Assembly: GCA_964397195.1 (NCBI GenBank)
Contig: CAYNGY010000001.1
Span: 70,586 to 134,585, forward strand
Direction: 5' to 3'
Length of the DNA stretch: 64,000 bases
Source of the DNA: an uncultured Gammaproteobacteria bacterium
Lineage (GTDB): Bacteria > Patescibacteriota > Patescibacteriia > SBBC01 > CAIJZX01
Shown: positions 9,347 through 18,847 of the stretch, one piece after another
Numbering within the stretch: the first letter of the stretch is position 1
Layout of the letters: each line of letters begins with the position of its first letter
Made by a program: the position numbers and the translations under genes
The notes under the pieces: model-generated
What the model was told of the DNA's origin: nothing
Databases searched by the model: none
What the model saw: the letters and a program-made list of their open reading frames with translations, nothing else

Positions 9347-10030
9347 ATGGATCATGCCGTTGTCGCCGAATCGCTGGAGAAGAAATATCGCTTGGGAAAG
9401 GCTATCGAAGTCCCGGTTCTCCGCGGGGTGAGTTTTCAGATTAATGCCGGAGATCTCGTCGCACTCGTCGGTCCGTCCGGCAGTGGTAAATCGACCTTGT
9501 TGAATTTGCTCGGGGCGATGGATCGTCCCACCGGTGGGTCACTCCGCGTTGACGGAAAAGACCTTGGTTCTATGTCCGACAGTGAACGAGCGCAGTATCG
9601 TGCAAAAACGGTGGGCATGATTTTTCAGTCATTCAATTTACTCCCACACCTAACGGCGCGGCAAAATGTGCTGATGCCGTCCGTCCTCGGCGGAGGGCTT
9701 TCCGACGATGTAAAAAAGCGCGCCGACCAGCTACTCGAAACAGTCGGATTGACGCCGCGGGCCAAACATAAACCGACGGAACTCTCCGGGGGCGAACAGC
9801 AACGCGTCGCCATCGCCCGTTCACTCCTTAATCAACCAAAAGTGCTCCTGGCGGATGAGCCGACCGGCAACTTGGATCAACACACGGGCCAAGAGGTGAT
9901 GACCACACTCATCCAACTCTGCCAACAGCACCAAACGACGCTGTTGCTCGTCACCCACGATCCGGCCATCGCCGCTCGCGCATCGCGGCAATTACATCTT
10001 GTTGACGGAAAACTGACCAATCCTTCATGA
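9347..10030 (+). CDS. ABC transporter ATP-binding protein (LolD/MacB/FtsE-like).
   Basis: Walker A GPSGSGKST, signature LSGGEQQRVAIARS, Walker B LLADEPTGNLD. Confidence 0.9.
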   Translation: MDHAVVAESLEKKYRLGKAIEVPVLRGVSFQINAGDLVALVGPSGSGKSTLLNLLGAMDRPTGGSLRVDGKDLGSMSDSERAQYRAKTVGMIFQSFNLLPHLTARQNVLMPSVLGGGLSDDVKKRADQLLETVGLTPRAKHKPTELSGGEQQRVAIARSLLNQPKVLLADEPTGNLDQHTGQEVMTTLIQLCQQHQTTLLLVTHDPAIAARASRQLHLVDGKLTNPS

Positions 10031-11307
10031 CCGCCGCTGGCATCATAAAATTATCACTCGCGAATATTTGGCGCCGTAAGCTCCGAACGCTCTTAACCGT
10101 CTGGGGCATGAGTGTCGGCATTGGGGCGATGGTGTTACTGATCTCATTTGCTTCGGGGTTGCAAAAACAGAATGAGGAGCAACTCCTATCGTCGTCCAGC
10201 TTAACCCGACTGACGGTGAGTAAGGTAGAGGCAAAGGCCTTTAACTCCGGCACTACCGACACGCCGACGCCGTTCTCCGCCGAGGATATCGCGACGTTGA
10301 AAAAAATCCCCCACGTCCAAGCGGTCTATCCGGTCTTCTTCATGCCGCCGGTTAAGATCGAAGTCGATGGGAAGCAGTATGATGCGTACCTACAAGCGAC
10401 CGTGATGGAGGACATCACCGATGCCCAACGCGAAGCGGTTTCACAGGGTTCCTGGTGGTCATCGAACGCCGACCGCAGCATCGTCCTCTCCGAGCAAACC
10501 ATTAAAGGTTGGAAGCTCGATCCAGCGGTGTTTGTAGGAAAAACCGTCAAAATCGTCGCTCAAGTATTCCAAGGCACAACCGCCAATAATGGAAAATCGT
10601 ATGAGGCGAAGGTGGTTGGAGTATCCAAGACATCAACGCCCACTGGGTTTAGTTTTTTTGGTGATGCGATTGCCTTTGATCTTGGCCTGAATATTGCTAA
10701 TGAAAACCAAAGTACGATTGGTGGCGAGATAATGGGCTCGTCCGACATTAGTAGCGTAACGGTTTTCGCTGACTCTACTGAAAACGTTCCGGCCGTGCGG
10801 AAAGCCATTCAGGATTTGAAATGGTTCCCAACTGGTGTTGAAGAATTAATCAAGATGCTCAACCAAAGTTTCTTGATCATGAAAATTGTCTTGGGGATTA
10901 TTGGCGGTATTGCGCTCTTTGTCGCCCTGATCGGGATCGCGAACTCAATGCTCATGGCCGTTCTCGAACGCACCCGCGAGATCGGGATCATGACCGCGCT
11001 CGGTGCGTCACGCCGGACGGTGTCGTGGCTCTTTCTGGCTGAAGCTGGATGGCTTGGGTTCTTCGGTGCGCTGGTTGGTATTCTTGGGGCGATGGGTATT
11101 GGGAAAGCCATTACCACCGGGGTCTCCATATACCTATCATATACGAAATCAACCAACGGCGATCTCTCGTTCATTCAATTTTCGGTCGGACCAATTCTTT
11201 TCTTCGGGACCCTCGGTGGTGCCGTACTCGTCACCTTGATTGCCGGATGGCTCCCGGCGCGACGGGCGGCGACCCTCGATCCGATCGCCGCGCTTCGACA
11301 CGAATAG
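10027..11307 (+). CDS. ABC transporter permease, FtsX/MacB-like.
   Basis: ATGA overlap with the ATPase gene. N-terminal TM, large periplasmic loop, C-terminal FtsX-type 3-TM bundle. Confidence 0.8.
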   Translation: MTAAGIIKLSLANIWRRKLRTLLTVWGMSVGIGAMVLLISFASGLQKQNEEQLLSSSSLTRLTVSKVEAKAFNSGTTDTPTPFSAEDIATLKKIPHVQAVYPVFFMPPVKIEVDGKQYDAYLQATVMEDITDAQREAVSQGSWWSSNADRSIVLSEQTIKGWKLDPAVFVGKTVKIVAQVFQGTTANNGKSYEAKVVGVSKTSTPTGFSFFGDAIAFDLGLNIANENQSTIGGEIMGSSDISSVTVFADSTENVPAVRKAIQDLKWFPTGVEELIKMLNQSFLIMKIVLGIIGGIALFVALIGIANSMLMAVLERTREIGIMTALGASRRTVSWLFLAEAGWLGFFGALVGILGAMGIGKAITTGVSIYLSYTKSTNGDLSFIQFSVGPILFFGTLGGAVLVTLIAGWLPARRAATLDPIAALRHE

Positions 11308-11319
11308 TTCGCTTGTCGC

Positions 11320-11976
11320 ATGTTGTCGTTTTCCACCTCGTCGTGTCAGGCGGTGGTATGTTTTTGTGAGCGCGCGATCAACCAGGAGTTTTTTCGACAG
11401 CCGGTAAATACGATTTCCTCGTTGGTATTAGTGGCGGCCGGCGTGTTGCTCATAGCGCGCAGTCGTGGGTCCTGGCCACGGCGCACAATTGGAGTGGCGA
11501 TGATAGTCGCCGGGCTGGGTAGTGCTCTATATCATGGGACGCTCCTGCAGGCGACGCAGGCCGGCGACGTTTTCGGGCTACTCGTCATCGCCGCGACCGT
11601 GACGATTCTCGAGCTCGGGTATCGGTTTCGGTGGCGGACGCGCACGCATATCATCCAGTGGGCAATGGTGGTCGTTTTTGGCATGCTGAGTGTCCTCTTG
11701 CCAGCCGGAATACGTCAGCCGATCTTGGCCGCGGTGTTCGCGGTCGGAATTTGCGCGTCGATGGTGCGCGTCTGGAGCAATGGTATTCATGCTCGCCGGG
11801 TGTTAGGTTCGGCGGCCGCAGTACTACTGGGCGGGTTATTGGTTTGGTCCGCAGACGAGTCATCACTCGGATGTGCAATTCACGGACACGGTCTTTGGCA
11901 TGTGGCCGGGGCGGTGGCGGCGTGGCTGTACGCGTCCACATGGCCCCCGTTTGCCAAGGGGGCAGGCGGGCGCTAG
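11320..11976 (+). CDS. Polytopic membrane protein, ceramidase-like hydrolase fold suspected.
   Basis: Six or more TM segments. Conserved His in YHGTLLQ and HGLWHV. Confidence 0.45.
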   Translation: MLSFSTSSCQAVVCFCERAINQEFFRQPVNTISSLVLVAAGVLLIARSRGSWPRRTIGVAMIVAGLGSALYHGTLLQATQAGDVFGLLVIAATVTILELGYRFRWRTRTHIIQWAMVVVFGMLSVLLPAGIRQPILAAVFAVGICASMVRVWSNGIHARRVLGSAAAVLLGGLLVWSADESSLGCAIHGHGLWHVAGAVAAWLYASTWPPFAKGAGGR

Positions 11977-11985
11977 GATAGAGGT

Positions 11986-12543
11986 ATGGACACCAACAAC
12001 CAACCCGAAATCACCGTCGAACAACAGATCATCGATCGGCTTGGGATTCGCGCGGGCATGGCTGTCGGCGACTTCGGTACCGGCGCGTCAGCACGGTTAG
12101 CGCTGGCGGCCGCGGGCGTTGTCGGGGGCGACGGCCAGGTTTTAATGTTTGATGTTCGAAAAAGCGCGTTGACCGCCGCACTCAAGCTAGCGCAAATCGC
12201 TAACCGAACAAACTGCCGGGCTGTCTGGTCGAATCTCGAAATTTTTCGTGGCGCCCAAGGCGTCGCTGACGCATCACTCGACGCCGGGATGATGGTTAAC
12301 GTACTGAACGAATCAAAGCATCCGAAAGATATTCTGGCCGAAATTCATCGGATGCTTAAGCCCGGAGCGCCACTTCTTATTATTGATTGGGCGGTGGACG
12401 CGAATACGAAGCTTGCCCCGCGCGCCGATCATCGGATGGCGCCGGAATACATTTCATCGATCGCGACTGATGTCGGGTTTGCGCCGACCGCCACCTTCAC
12501 GCCGTCCGCGCAATCATGGGCGATCGTGTTGACGAAAACGTAA
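11986..12543 (+). CDS. Class I SAM-dependent methyltransferase.
   Basis: VGDFGTGAS motif I, acidic motif II FDV. Confidence 0.65.
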   Translation: MDTNNQPEITVEQQIIDRLGIRAGMAVGDFGTGASARLALAAAGVVGGDGQVLMFDVRKSALTAALKLAQIANRTNCRAVWSNLEIFRGAQGVADASLDAGMMVNVLNESKHPKDILAEIHRMLKPGAPLLIIDWAVDANTKLAPRADHRMAPEYISSIATDVGFAPTATFTPSAQSWAIVLTKT

Positions 12544-12911
12544 TGCCCTCGCCAACCCAGCGGCGCGGTGGCTTGGCGGAAGACCAAGCCGTTTTATTTT
12601 TACAAACGCGCGGCTACATAATTCTCGGCCGTCATCTGACCGGACGGTATGGCGAAATAGATATTCTGGCCATGGACCGTGGGGTCATAGTGGCCGTCGA
12701 AGTGAAGTATCGTCGGACCGATCGGTTTGGGAGCGCGTCAGAAGCGATGACGGAAAAAAAGATTCAACGGCTGGTCGCGACGTTGCAAGAAGAACTTGTC
12801 CGCCGCCGGTGCGAGCACGCGCCGTACCGCATCGACCTGATTGCGATTGATGGGAACCGCATCACGCACATCACACATGTTGAGTCCCCAGAAGTTGCGG
12901 CCGGATTGTAG
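12543..12911 (+). CDS. yraN: YraN/UPF0102 family endonuclease.
   Basis: GEIDILAMDRGVIVAVEVKYRR signature. TAATG overlap with the upstream gene. Confidence 0.7.
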   Translation: MPSPTQRRGGLAEDQAVLFLQTRGYIILGRHLTGRYGEIDILAMDRGVIVAVEVKYRRTDRFGSASEAMTEKKIQRLVATLQEELVRRRCEHAPYRIDLIAIDGNRITHITHVESPEVAAGL

Positions 12912-12940
12912 CGGGCGCGGTCGGCTGGTATACTTTCCGC

Positions 12941-13852
12941 ATGTCGCCGCTCATCTTCATTACCATCGCCGGCCTAGCATTATTTGAGACGGTCAGTAGT
13001 CTCGATAACGCGATTATTAATGCCGAGGTTTTACGGACGATGGGGCAAAAAGCTCGTCGCTGGTTTTTGAGCTGGGGATTTTTCCTCGCGGTCATCGTCG
13101 TCCGGGGCGTCCTGCCCTGGGTGGTAGTCTGGGTCGCCGCTCCATCGCTCGGACCACTCGGTGCGTTAACTGCCACCTTTAGCAATGACCCGCGCGTCAG
13201 CGCCGCACTAGAATCTGCCGCCCCGATTCTGTTGATCAGCGGCGGGACCTTCCTGATACTGCTTTTTTGCCACTGGCTGTTCATGGAAGAAAAGCATTAC
13301 GGGCTCCCGCACGAGCGCGCGATTCATTCGCTCGGGGCATGGTTTTATACGGTTGCGTCGGTGGTTGTGCTCTTGCTAAGTATCTTCGCGGCCAAGATTG
13401 ATGTCTTAATGGTACTCGGCGTTGTCGTCGGATCAACCGTCTTCTTCATTACCCACGGTTTTAAAACATTCGCTGAAGAACAGGAAGCGTCGCTGGCGAA
13501 AGGTGGAATGAGTGATGTTGCCAAGCTGTTGTATCTCGAGGTGATCGACGCCACATTCTCAATCGACGGCGTCCTCGGTGCATTCGCCTTTACGCTTTCG
13601 GTGCCGATTATTTTACTCGGCAACGGACTCGGGGCACTCGTCGTTCGTCAGTTAACCGTAAAAAACATTTCCCGCATTCGTGACCTCAAGTACATCAAAA
13701 ATGGAGCGATGTATTCAATCGCCGTGCTCGGTGTGGTCATGGTCATCGACGCGTTCGGCGGTCACATCTCGGCGTGGATTTCGCCGCTCCTGACATTCCT
13801 GATCGTCGGCTACTTCTTCTGGCGGTCGGTCCGGGTACCTCGAGCAACCTAA
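12941..13852 (+). CDS. TerC/DUF475-like integral membrane protein.
   Basis: LSSLDNAIINA motif and multiple TM segments. Confidence 0.6.
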   Translation: MSPLIFITIAGLALFETVSSLDNAIINAEVLRTMGQKARRWFLSWGFFLAVIVVRGVLPWVVVWVAAPSLGPLGALTATFSNDPRVSAALESAAPILLISGGTFLILLFCHWLFMEEKHYGLPHERAIHSLGAWFYTVASVVVLLLSIFAAKIDVLMVLGVVVGSTVFFITHGFKTFAEEQEASLAKGGMSDVAKLLYLEVIDATFSIDGVLGAFAFTLSVPIILLGNGLGALVVRQLTVKNISRIRDLKYIKNGAMYSIAVLGVVMVIDAFGGHISAWISPLLTFLIVGYFFWRSVRVPRAT

Positions 13853-13853
13853 T

Positions 13854-14228
13854 ATGTGGCCCCGTCCGATCCGTTGGGCAACGGTCGCGGCATGGATGGC
13901 TATCATCTTCTACTTTTCGTCGATCCCGGATTTGCATTCCGGCTTGCAACCGTTCTGGGATTTCGTGTTGCGGAAAATCGCCCATGGTGTCGAATACGGT
14001 ATCCTCGCCTGTCTCGTCGCCTCGGCAGTTCGGCCAGCGAATCGGGTGACGACCCGTGCCGTACTCATCGGCATCGTCGTCGCTTCTCTCTATGCGATGA
14101 CGGACGAATACCATCAAACATTTGTGCTCGGTCGTCACGGCGCACCGCTCGATTGGCTGATTGATACGTGCGGGGCCGTTGCAATTAGCGGGTTGTGGTG
14201 GCTGTCTTTCGTGCGACGTAAAAAATAA
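13854..14228 (+). CDS. VanZ-family membrane protein.
   Basis: KIAHGVEYGILACL...MTDEYHQTFVLGRHG. Confidence 0.7.
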   Translation: MWPRPIRWATVAAWMAIIFYFSSIPDLHSGLQPFWDFVLRKIAHGVEYGILACLVASAVRPANRVTTRAVLIGIVVASLYAMTDEYHQTFVLGRHGAPLDWLIDTCGAVAISGLWWLSFVRRKK

Positions 14229-14919
14229 ACTCCGGCACTGTATATCTTTTAGAAAAACGCACGCGCGCGCTGCGACGGATGTTAATCGTCTTGTTAAACT
14301 TCAGTCCGGCCGTCCGCAGCGCCCGAAGATAAAACTTTTTTGTCCAATGCCGGTCGGTAAAGGAAATCGTATGATGGGCATCGAGACGGATATGTGCGGT
14401 GAATTGGCTACCATCTTGGGTTTCATCGTATCCCGGCGCAAAGGTGAAATATCGATCCGGCAGGTTCTTTGCCCTCACGCACCGCGGATGTAGATCAGAA
14501 AAAACGAGGCGACCACCGGGTTGCAGAACGTGGCTGATGCCACGCATGATCTGGGTGATCTCTTTTTTTGTATCAACATTGAGGAGCACCATGTTCATCA
14601 CCACCACATCAAATGAAGCCTTGGGGAGCGTGCCGACGCGAGTCGCATTCAGATGACGGAACGCTAGTCGCGGATGCCGATGCGTTTTTTTGCACGTCGT
14701 GATCCATGACGCGGCCGAATCAATCCCGAGGACAGCTGCGCCCTGAGCGGCAAGGGCGGTCGTAATCCGACCGTCACCACATCCAATATCGAGCACGCGT
14801 GTATTGCGCAAAATCCCGGCGGCCCGCGTTAACGCCGGAAGGAACGTTTTTGTATGGTTTCGTGCCTGTCGTTCATACAGGGCGCGGAAGTATTGCTGTG
14901 TGTATTTCTGGACGGCCAT
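14185..14919 (-). CDS. Class I SAM-dependent methyltransferase.
   Basis: VLDIGCGDGRIT motif I. Convergent 44-nt overlap with vanZ. Confidence 0.7.
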   Translation of the reverse strand: MAVQKYTQQYFRALYERQARNHTKTFLPALTRAAGILRNTRVLDIGCGDGRITTALAAQGAAVLGIDSAASWITTCKKTHRHPRLAFRHLNATRVGTLPKASFDVVVMNMVLLNVDTKKEITQIMRGISHVLQPGGRLVFSDLHPRCVRAKNLPDRYFTFAPGYDETQDGSQFTAHIRLDAHHTISFTDRHWTKKFYLRALRTAGLKFNKTINIRRSARVRFSKRYTVPEFIFYVARKTATTTR

Positions 14920-15022
14920 AGATATATCGTACCACAAACAGAAGAATCACCCGACTTGACGCCACCCGGATTCGGACGTAGGCTCGCTCTGTTCTCGCTG
15001 CAAGTCCACACTCGCCCGCGAG

Positions 15023-15400
15023 GTGCACATGTCACGTCTGCTGAAGTTTCTGGCGGCCATCTTGGTGGGTACCTTCATCGGTAACTGCGCTGGGTCATAT
15101 CTCAGCGCCGCGCCGATGGTCGTGCCGCCGCAGGTGGTCGAAGTCCAGGACCCGATTCCGCAGTGGTTGAAAGGTGAGCAGGGCCATGTCGTCGTTCGTG
15201 TCATCGTGCGACGCGACGGACGCGTCGGCCGTATCCTCACCAACTCCGCCAACGACAAGCTCAAGTCCTGGTACGAACTCGCCGTCCGCGCCTCACGGTT
15301 CACCCCGGCGACGGTCGACGGCAAACCGGTCGAGGCGATTGTCACGATCCGGTACGAGTACACGGTCAAGTCGACGGTCAAGGTGACCGCCGATCCCTGA
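15023..15400 (+). CDS. Small secreted protein with a TonB C-terminal-like domain.
   Basis: N-terminal hydrophobic segment. VVRVIVRRDGRVGRIL...TPATVDGKPVEAIVTIRYEY. Confidence 0.5.
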   Translation: MHMSRLLKFLAAILVGTFIGNCAGSYLSAAPMVVPPQVVEVQDPIPQWLKGEQGHVVVRVIVRRDGRVGRILTNSANDKLKSWYELAVRASRFTPATVDGKPVEAIVTIRYEYTVKSTVKVTADP

Positions 15401-15426
15401 AGCGCCTCACTACCGCAGGAGGCCAC

Positions 15427-15720
15427 ATGGCCACCAAACCGAAGGTCGTCGCAGCGCCCGAAGCCCCGCCTGTCGAACCAGCTCGTGAGCCGTTCCACAT
15501 CTCGATCGTCTCCGAACTCGACGAGAACCTCAAGCTGACGGGAGGCACGTTCGGCATCCTCGAGCTGATGCGCCTCCTGAACCGCACGCGTGTTCCTCGG
15601 GAGCACATGCTACCGCTGGCGGTCAAGCTCCGCAAGTTCGCCAAGAAGGCGCGGATCTACCCGCCGCTCCTCGACGCTGCCAACCGCCTCGAGGCCGAGC
15701 ACGAACGGCAGGTCCAGTAG
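15427..15720 (+). CDS. Hypothetical protein.
   Basis: GGAGG 5 nt upstream. Followed by a nested-hairpin terminator. Confidence 0.5.
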   Translation: MATKPKVVAAPEAPPVEPAREPFHISIVSELDENLKLTGGTFGILELMRLLNRTRVPREHMLPLAVKLRKFAKKARIYPPLLDAANRLEAEHERQVQ

Positions 15721-15740
15721 CGCCACCGCACCATCCGATC

Positions 15741-15811
15741 CCCGACGCTTCCGCTCATCTCCTCCATCACATGGAGGGGTCAGGGTGAGGAAAGCGTCGG
15801 GATGTTTTTTT
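15741..15811 (+). terminator. Composite intrinsic terminator. A 10-bp outer stem (CCCGACGCTT/AAGCGTCGGG) encloses an inner hairpin CCTCCAT-CAC-ATGGAGG, followed by a T7 run.
   Basis: Read directly. Copy 1 of the repeated element. Confidence 0.6.
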
Positions 15812-15889
15812 GTGACACGCAGCTTATCCACTCGACAATCCGTAGGTATCAGCCCATACTTGGGGCACTTATTTCGTAACACTGTGTGT

Positions 15890-16165
15890 ATGATGAAAAA
15901 CATGTCGATGCTGGATCGGGTGATCCGCGCCGTTGTCGTGGCCGCGATTATTGTGCTCTGGCTAACGGATATTCTCACCGGGACGTGGCTGATCGTGGCC
16001 ATCGTCATTGGCGTGATCTTCCTGATCACGAGCGCGATTGGCTTCTGCCCGCTCTATCGGATGATCGGAAAAACATTCGGCACCAAGCGCCCAGCCGCAC
16101 CGGCCGCGACGCCAACCGCCGAAACGCCGACCCAAAATCCACCGGCCACCCCGCCGACGGTCTAA
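15890..16165 (+). CDS. DUF2892 (YgaP-like) small membrane protein.
   Basis: Two TM segments and the GFCPLYRMIG motif. Pro/Thr/Ala tail. Confidence 0.6.
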   Translation: MMKNMSMLDRVIRAVVVAAIIVLWLTDILTGTWLIVAIVIGVIFLITSAIGFCPLYRMIGKTFGTKRPAAPAATPTAETPTQNPPATPPTV

Positions 16166-16182
16166 AACAGGAAACGCTTTTA

Positions 16183-16214
16183 CGCGGCGACCGCTGGTCG
16201 CCGCGTTCTGTTTT
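16183..16214. terminator. Bidirectional intrinsic terminator (CGCGGCGAC/GTCGCCGCG stem, A-run upstream, T-run downstream).
   Basis: Read directly. Shared by the convergent DUF2892 and TrmB genes. Confidence 0.6.
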
Positions 16215-16986
16215 ACCGTGCCCGGCGCGAGCGTTTCGGAGTTTGCGTGATGGTGTTCGGATCGAGTGAAACCATCCAGGTCGCTTCAAACATCGCTCGG
16301 AAACCCTGGGCGATGGCCGCGTCGGTAATAACGAGCATGTAGCGCTTCGGATTTGAGTAGAGCGCCACCGAATCATTCCAGATGGAGATGTCGATGTCGA
16401 ACGACATGCCTTTCGGTAAGACCCTGACGACTCGTGCCGGATGATGACGCATCTGGCCAAAGGCGACGCTCTCCGGTGTGTACGGGTGAATTTCGCGCAT
16501 CACCTGGATGATGCCGCGGTCCATGCGGCGCACCGCCTCGGCTTCAATTCCGGGGAAGAGTTCCATCGTGTTCACGTAGTGTGAGATGTAGAGGTTCTCT
16601 GATGCGTTGTAACATTCGTCCATCCACACGCGCATGATGCTCTTGGGATCATCATAGTAGCGAATCAGCGGCTTCGTGCCTTCCGAGTTTTCGAGGGCGC
16701 GCAAATAGGGGAGGAGTTCTTTGACCGCCCGCTCTTGTTGTTGCGCGCGTTGGAGAAGGCGTGACGGCGGGTCGGGGGTGTAGACCTGCTTTTTCCCTTT
16801 CGGCATCAACCCCACGAGTTGTTTCTGTCGAAGCGATTCGAGGTCGAGATAGATGGTTGTCCGCTTGAGCCCGGTCTTTTTCGCGAGCGTCACCGGTGTT
16901 CCCCCGCCCATCTCTAAGAGCGCGGTATAGACCCGTGCTTCGCGGGGAGTGAGATTCAGTTCAGTGAGGACTTCTTCGATATTCAT
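16213..16986 (-). CDS. TrmB-family transcriptional regulator (N-terminal wHTH plus C-terminal effector domain).
   Basis: LTPREARVYTALLEMGGGTPVTLAKKTGLKRTTIY HTH. Start at MNIEEVL. Confidence 0.7.
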   Translation of the reverse strand: MNIEEVLTELNLTPREARVYTALLEMGGGTPVTLAKKTGLKRTTIYLDLESLRQKQLVGLMPKGKKQVYTPDPPSRLLQRAQQQERAVKELLPYLRALENSEGTKPLIRYYDDPKSIMRVWMDECYNASENLYISHYVNTMELFPGIEAEAVRRMDRGIIQVMREIHPYTPESVAFGQMRHHPARVVRVLPKGMSFDIDISIWNDSVALYSNPKRYMLVITDAAIAQGFRAMFEATWMVSLDPNTITQTPKRSRRAR

Positions 16987-17255
16987 GACGGTATCGTACC
17001 AGAAAAAGTACAAAATGTCAAGAACTACGTCAGATTAGTCTTATACACAATCAAAAAGGCTAATATAAAGCAGAATAGGAATAGTGGACATGACGCAGAC
17101 ATTGACATTTTATGATTTATGGAGTATGATGGCCAGTTGAACTTGAAAAAGAACCGCCGTCCTGAAACGGGCAATGGATGCACCTTTCAACCAGACCCAG
17201 CACTCGACCCCGAGCTCGTCGAGGGGGAGGAGCACTGGCTTAAGAGGAGAAAGTC

Positions 17256-17786
17256 ATGCACCAGTTCTACGGCATGGCCGTCGTGGTTTCGGCGCTGGGC
17301 TCTTTCTACGCCGCCATGAGCATCATGCTCCGTCAAAATCCACGGTGGATCACCGCCCGCATGCTGCTGTCGGTGGCGCTCGCTTGTTTGGCTGGTACCG
17401 CTGGGCTGACCGGGATGCAAATCACCCGTGACCGCGTTCAGTATCGCCCGGACAATCCGGCCGAAGTTTTGGCCGAGGCAGCTGGGTTGACGCTCAATCA
17501 CAAGCTGATGACGGTCGAGACGACCGAGCCCGGCACCGAGATCGCTACCATCGATACAACGTATGCTGTCGAGGTCGAGACCGTTCCATCGTACTCGGTG
17601 TCGGTCACGCGGATGGTTGTGCGGCTGTCGGTATCGGCCGGCGACTTCCCGCGCATCTCACACAGTCTGCTGACGTACCGAAACGGGTGGCTGGTGTTCA
17701 TGGTTCCGGGTCGGAGCCCGGCCCGCTACTTCCGCCCGGCGAACGTTCTTGATAGCTGTCGGGCTGAGATCAACCGAGAGGAGTAA
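17256..17786 (+). CDS. Membrane protein (2 N-terminal TM segments), unknown function.
   Basis: GAGGAG 8 nt upstream. Translationally coupled to the downstream lipoprotein. Confidence 0.5.
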   Translation: MHQFYGMAVVVSALGSFYAAMSIMLRQNPRWITARMLLSVALACLAGTAGLTGMQITRDRVQYRPDNPAEVLAEAAGLTLNHKLMTVETTEPGTEIATIDTTYAVEVETVPSYSVSVTRMVVRLSVSAGDFPRISHSLLTYRNGWLVFMVPGRSPARYFRPANVLDSCRAEINREE

Positions 17787-17789
17787 CCG

Positions 17790-18137
17790 ATGAAAGAGCG
17801 CCTTCAAGGCTGGCTGATGCTGGCTGCGGTCATCACGGTGGTGTGGAGCGGTTGTACGCTCGTGGCGCGAATCAACCCGCCGCCGCGATACCGAAGCGCG
17901 ATGGTCCAAACCCGCTGGGAGTCGAGCCAGATGCGGGAGTGGAGTGACACGACCGAAGTCGTTCGGATGTATATGGTCCGTGCCGATTATTTGTGGGCCG
18001 AGATCGACAGCCTGGCCTTCAGCCAGATTCGTATCGGCGACTCGCTGACGGTTGTCTCCGCCGAGTCCGTCTACGTCCACGGTCGGTACGCCGGGCGGTT
18101 CTGGCGGATCGGATACCCAGCCCGTATCGAAGACTAG
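17790..18137 (+). CDS. Putative lipoprotein.
   Basis: GAGAGGAG RBS. Signal peptide with lipobox-like VWSGC. Confidence 0.5.
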   Translation: MKERLQGWLMLAAVITVVWSGCTLVARINPPPRYRSAMVQTRWESSQMREWSDTTEVVRMYMVRADYLWAEIDSLAFSQIRIGDSLTVVSAESVYVHGRYAGRFWRIGYPARIED

Positions 18138-18144
18138 TTCTTTT

Positions 18145-18215
18145 CCCGGCGCCTCCACTTGTCCCCTCCATTCTATGGAGGGGTACGGGGTGGGGGGCGC
18201 CGGGAATTTTGTTTT
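18145..18215 (+). terminator. Composite terminator. Outer stem CCCGGCGCC/GGCGCCGGG encloses the inner hairpin CCCCTCCAT-TCT-ATGGAGGGG, followed by a T-run.
   Basis: Read directly. Copy 2 of the repeated element. Confidence 0.6.
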
Positions 18216-18281
18216 GGGCGATCGTTGACGGTGTGACCATTTCGGCGTACGGTACGGCCGACCCTATCCGCGGAGGACGTC

Positions 18282-18641
18282 ATGAAGACAGTCTTGTTGA
18301 TTGAAGACAACAGCGAATCGGCTCGCACATTCCGTAGCCAGCTCGAGGCGGACGTACGCCTCCTCGTCGCCCCGTCGATTGCAGTGGCGCGCGACCTCTA
18401 CTTCTCGACCCCGCACATCAGCCTGGTTACCATTGGCTCGTTCGAGGGCGTCGCGACCATCACCTTCGTGCGCTGGCTCCGTCAGCGTGGGTACGCTGGA
18501 ATCATCGTCGCCGCCACGCCGTTTCGCACCACCAATGACGCGTTGCTCACCGCTGGTGGCACAACCGCCGTCAATCGCAATGGGGACGTCGTGACCGAGG
18601 TTCGCCGACGCCTGCGCTCTGTCCAGCACGAACCGGTGTAA
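18282..18641 (+). CDS. Stand-alone receiver-like domain lacking the phospho-acceptor Asp (pseudo-receiver).
   Basis: MKTVLLIEDN start. The expected D position reads LVTIGS. GGAGGA 5 nt upstream. Confidence 0.45.
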   Translation: MKTVLLIEDNSESARTFRSQLEADVRLLVAPSIAVARDLYFSTPHISLVTIGSFEGVATITFVRWLRQRGYAGIIVAATPFRTTNDALLTAGGTTAVNRNGDVVTEVRRRLRSVQHEPV

Positions 18642-18847
18642 TCAGCACCCCGCTCCTCCGGTATGCCCCCGCATGCCGGTTTTTTGTTCGGGTTGACAAT
18701 CAGTCGTCCTCAGGCGTAGCCTACCAGAATCCTCACCAGAGCCCTTCCCATCGCCGGGATATGCCCTGGGCAGGAGATGTACTGTCCACCGGGAGCTTCG
18801 CCGTTCCCATTCCCCATACTTCTCTACCAGGAAGGTAGGAAGTACAC

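Noticed and set aside
14947-15606. 219-aa minus-strand ORF across the TonB-C-like and downstream genes.
   Set aside because: The plus-strand genes have domain similarity, SD sites and a terminator. The minus ORF is Arg/Ser-rich low complexity.
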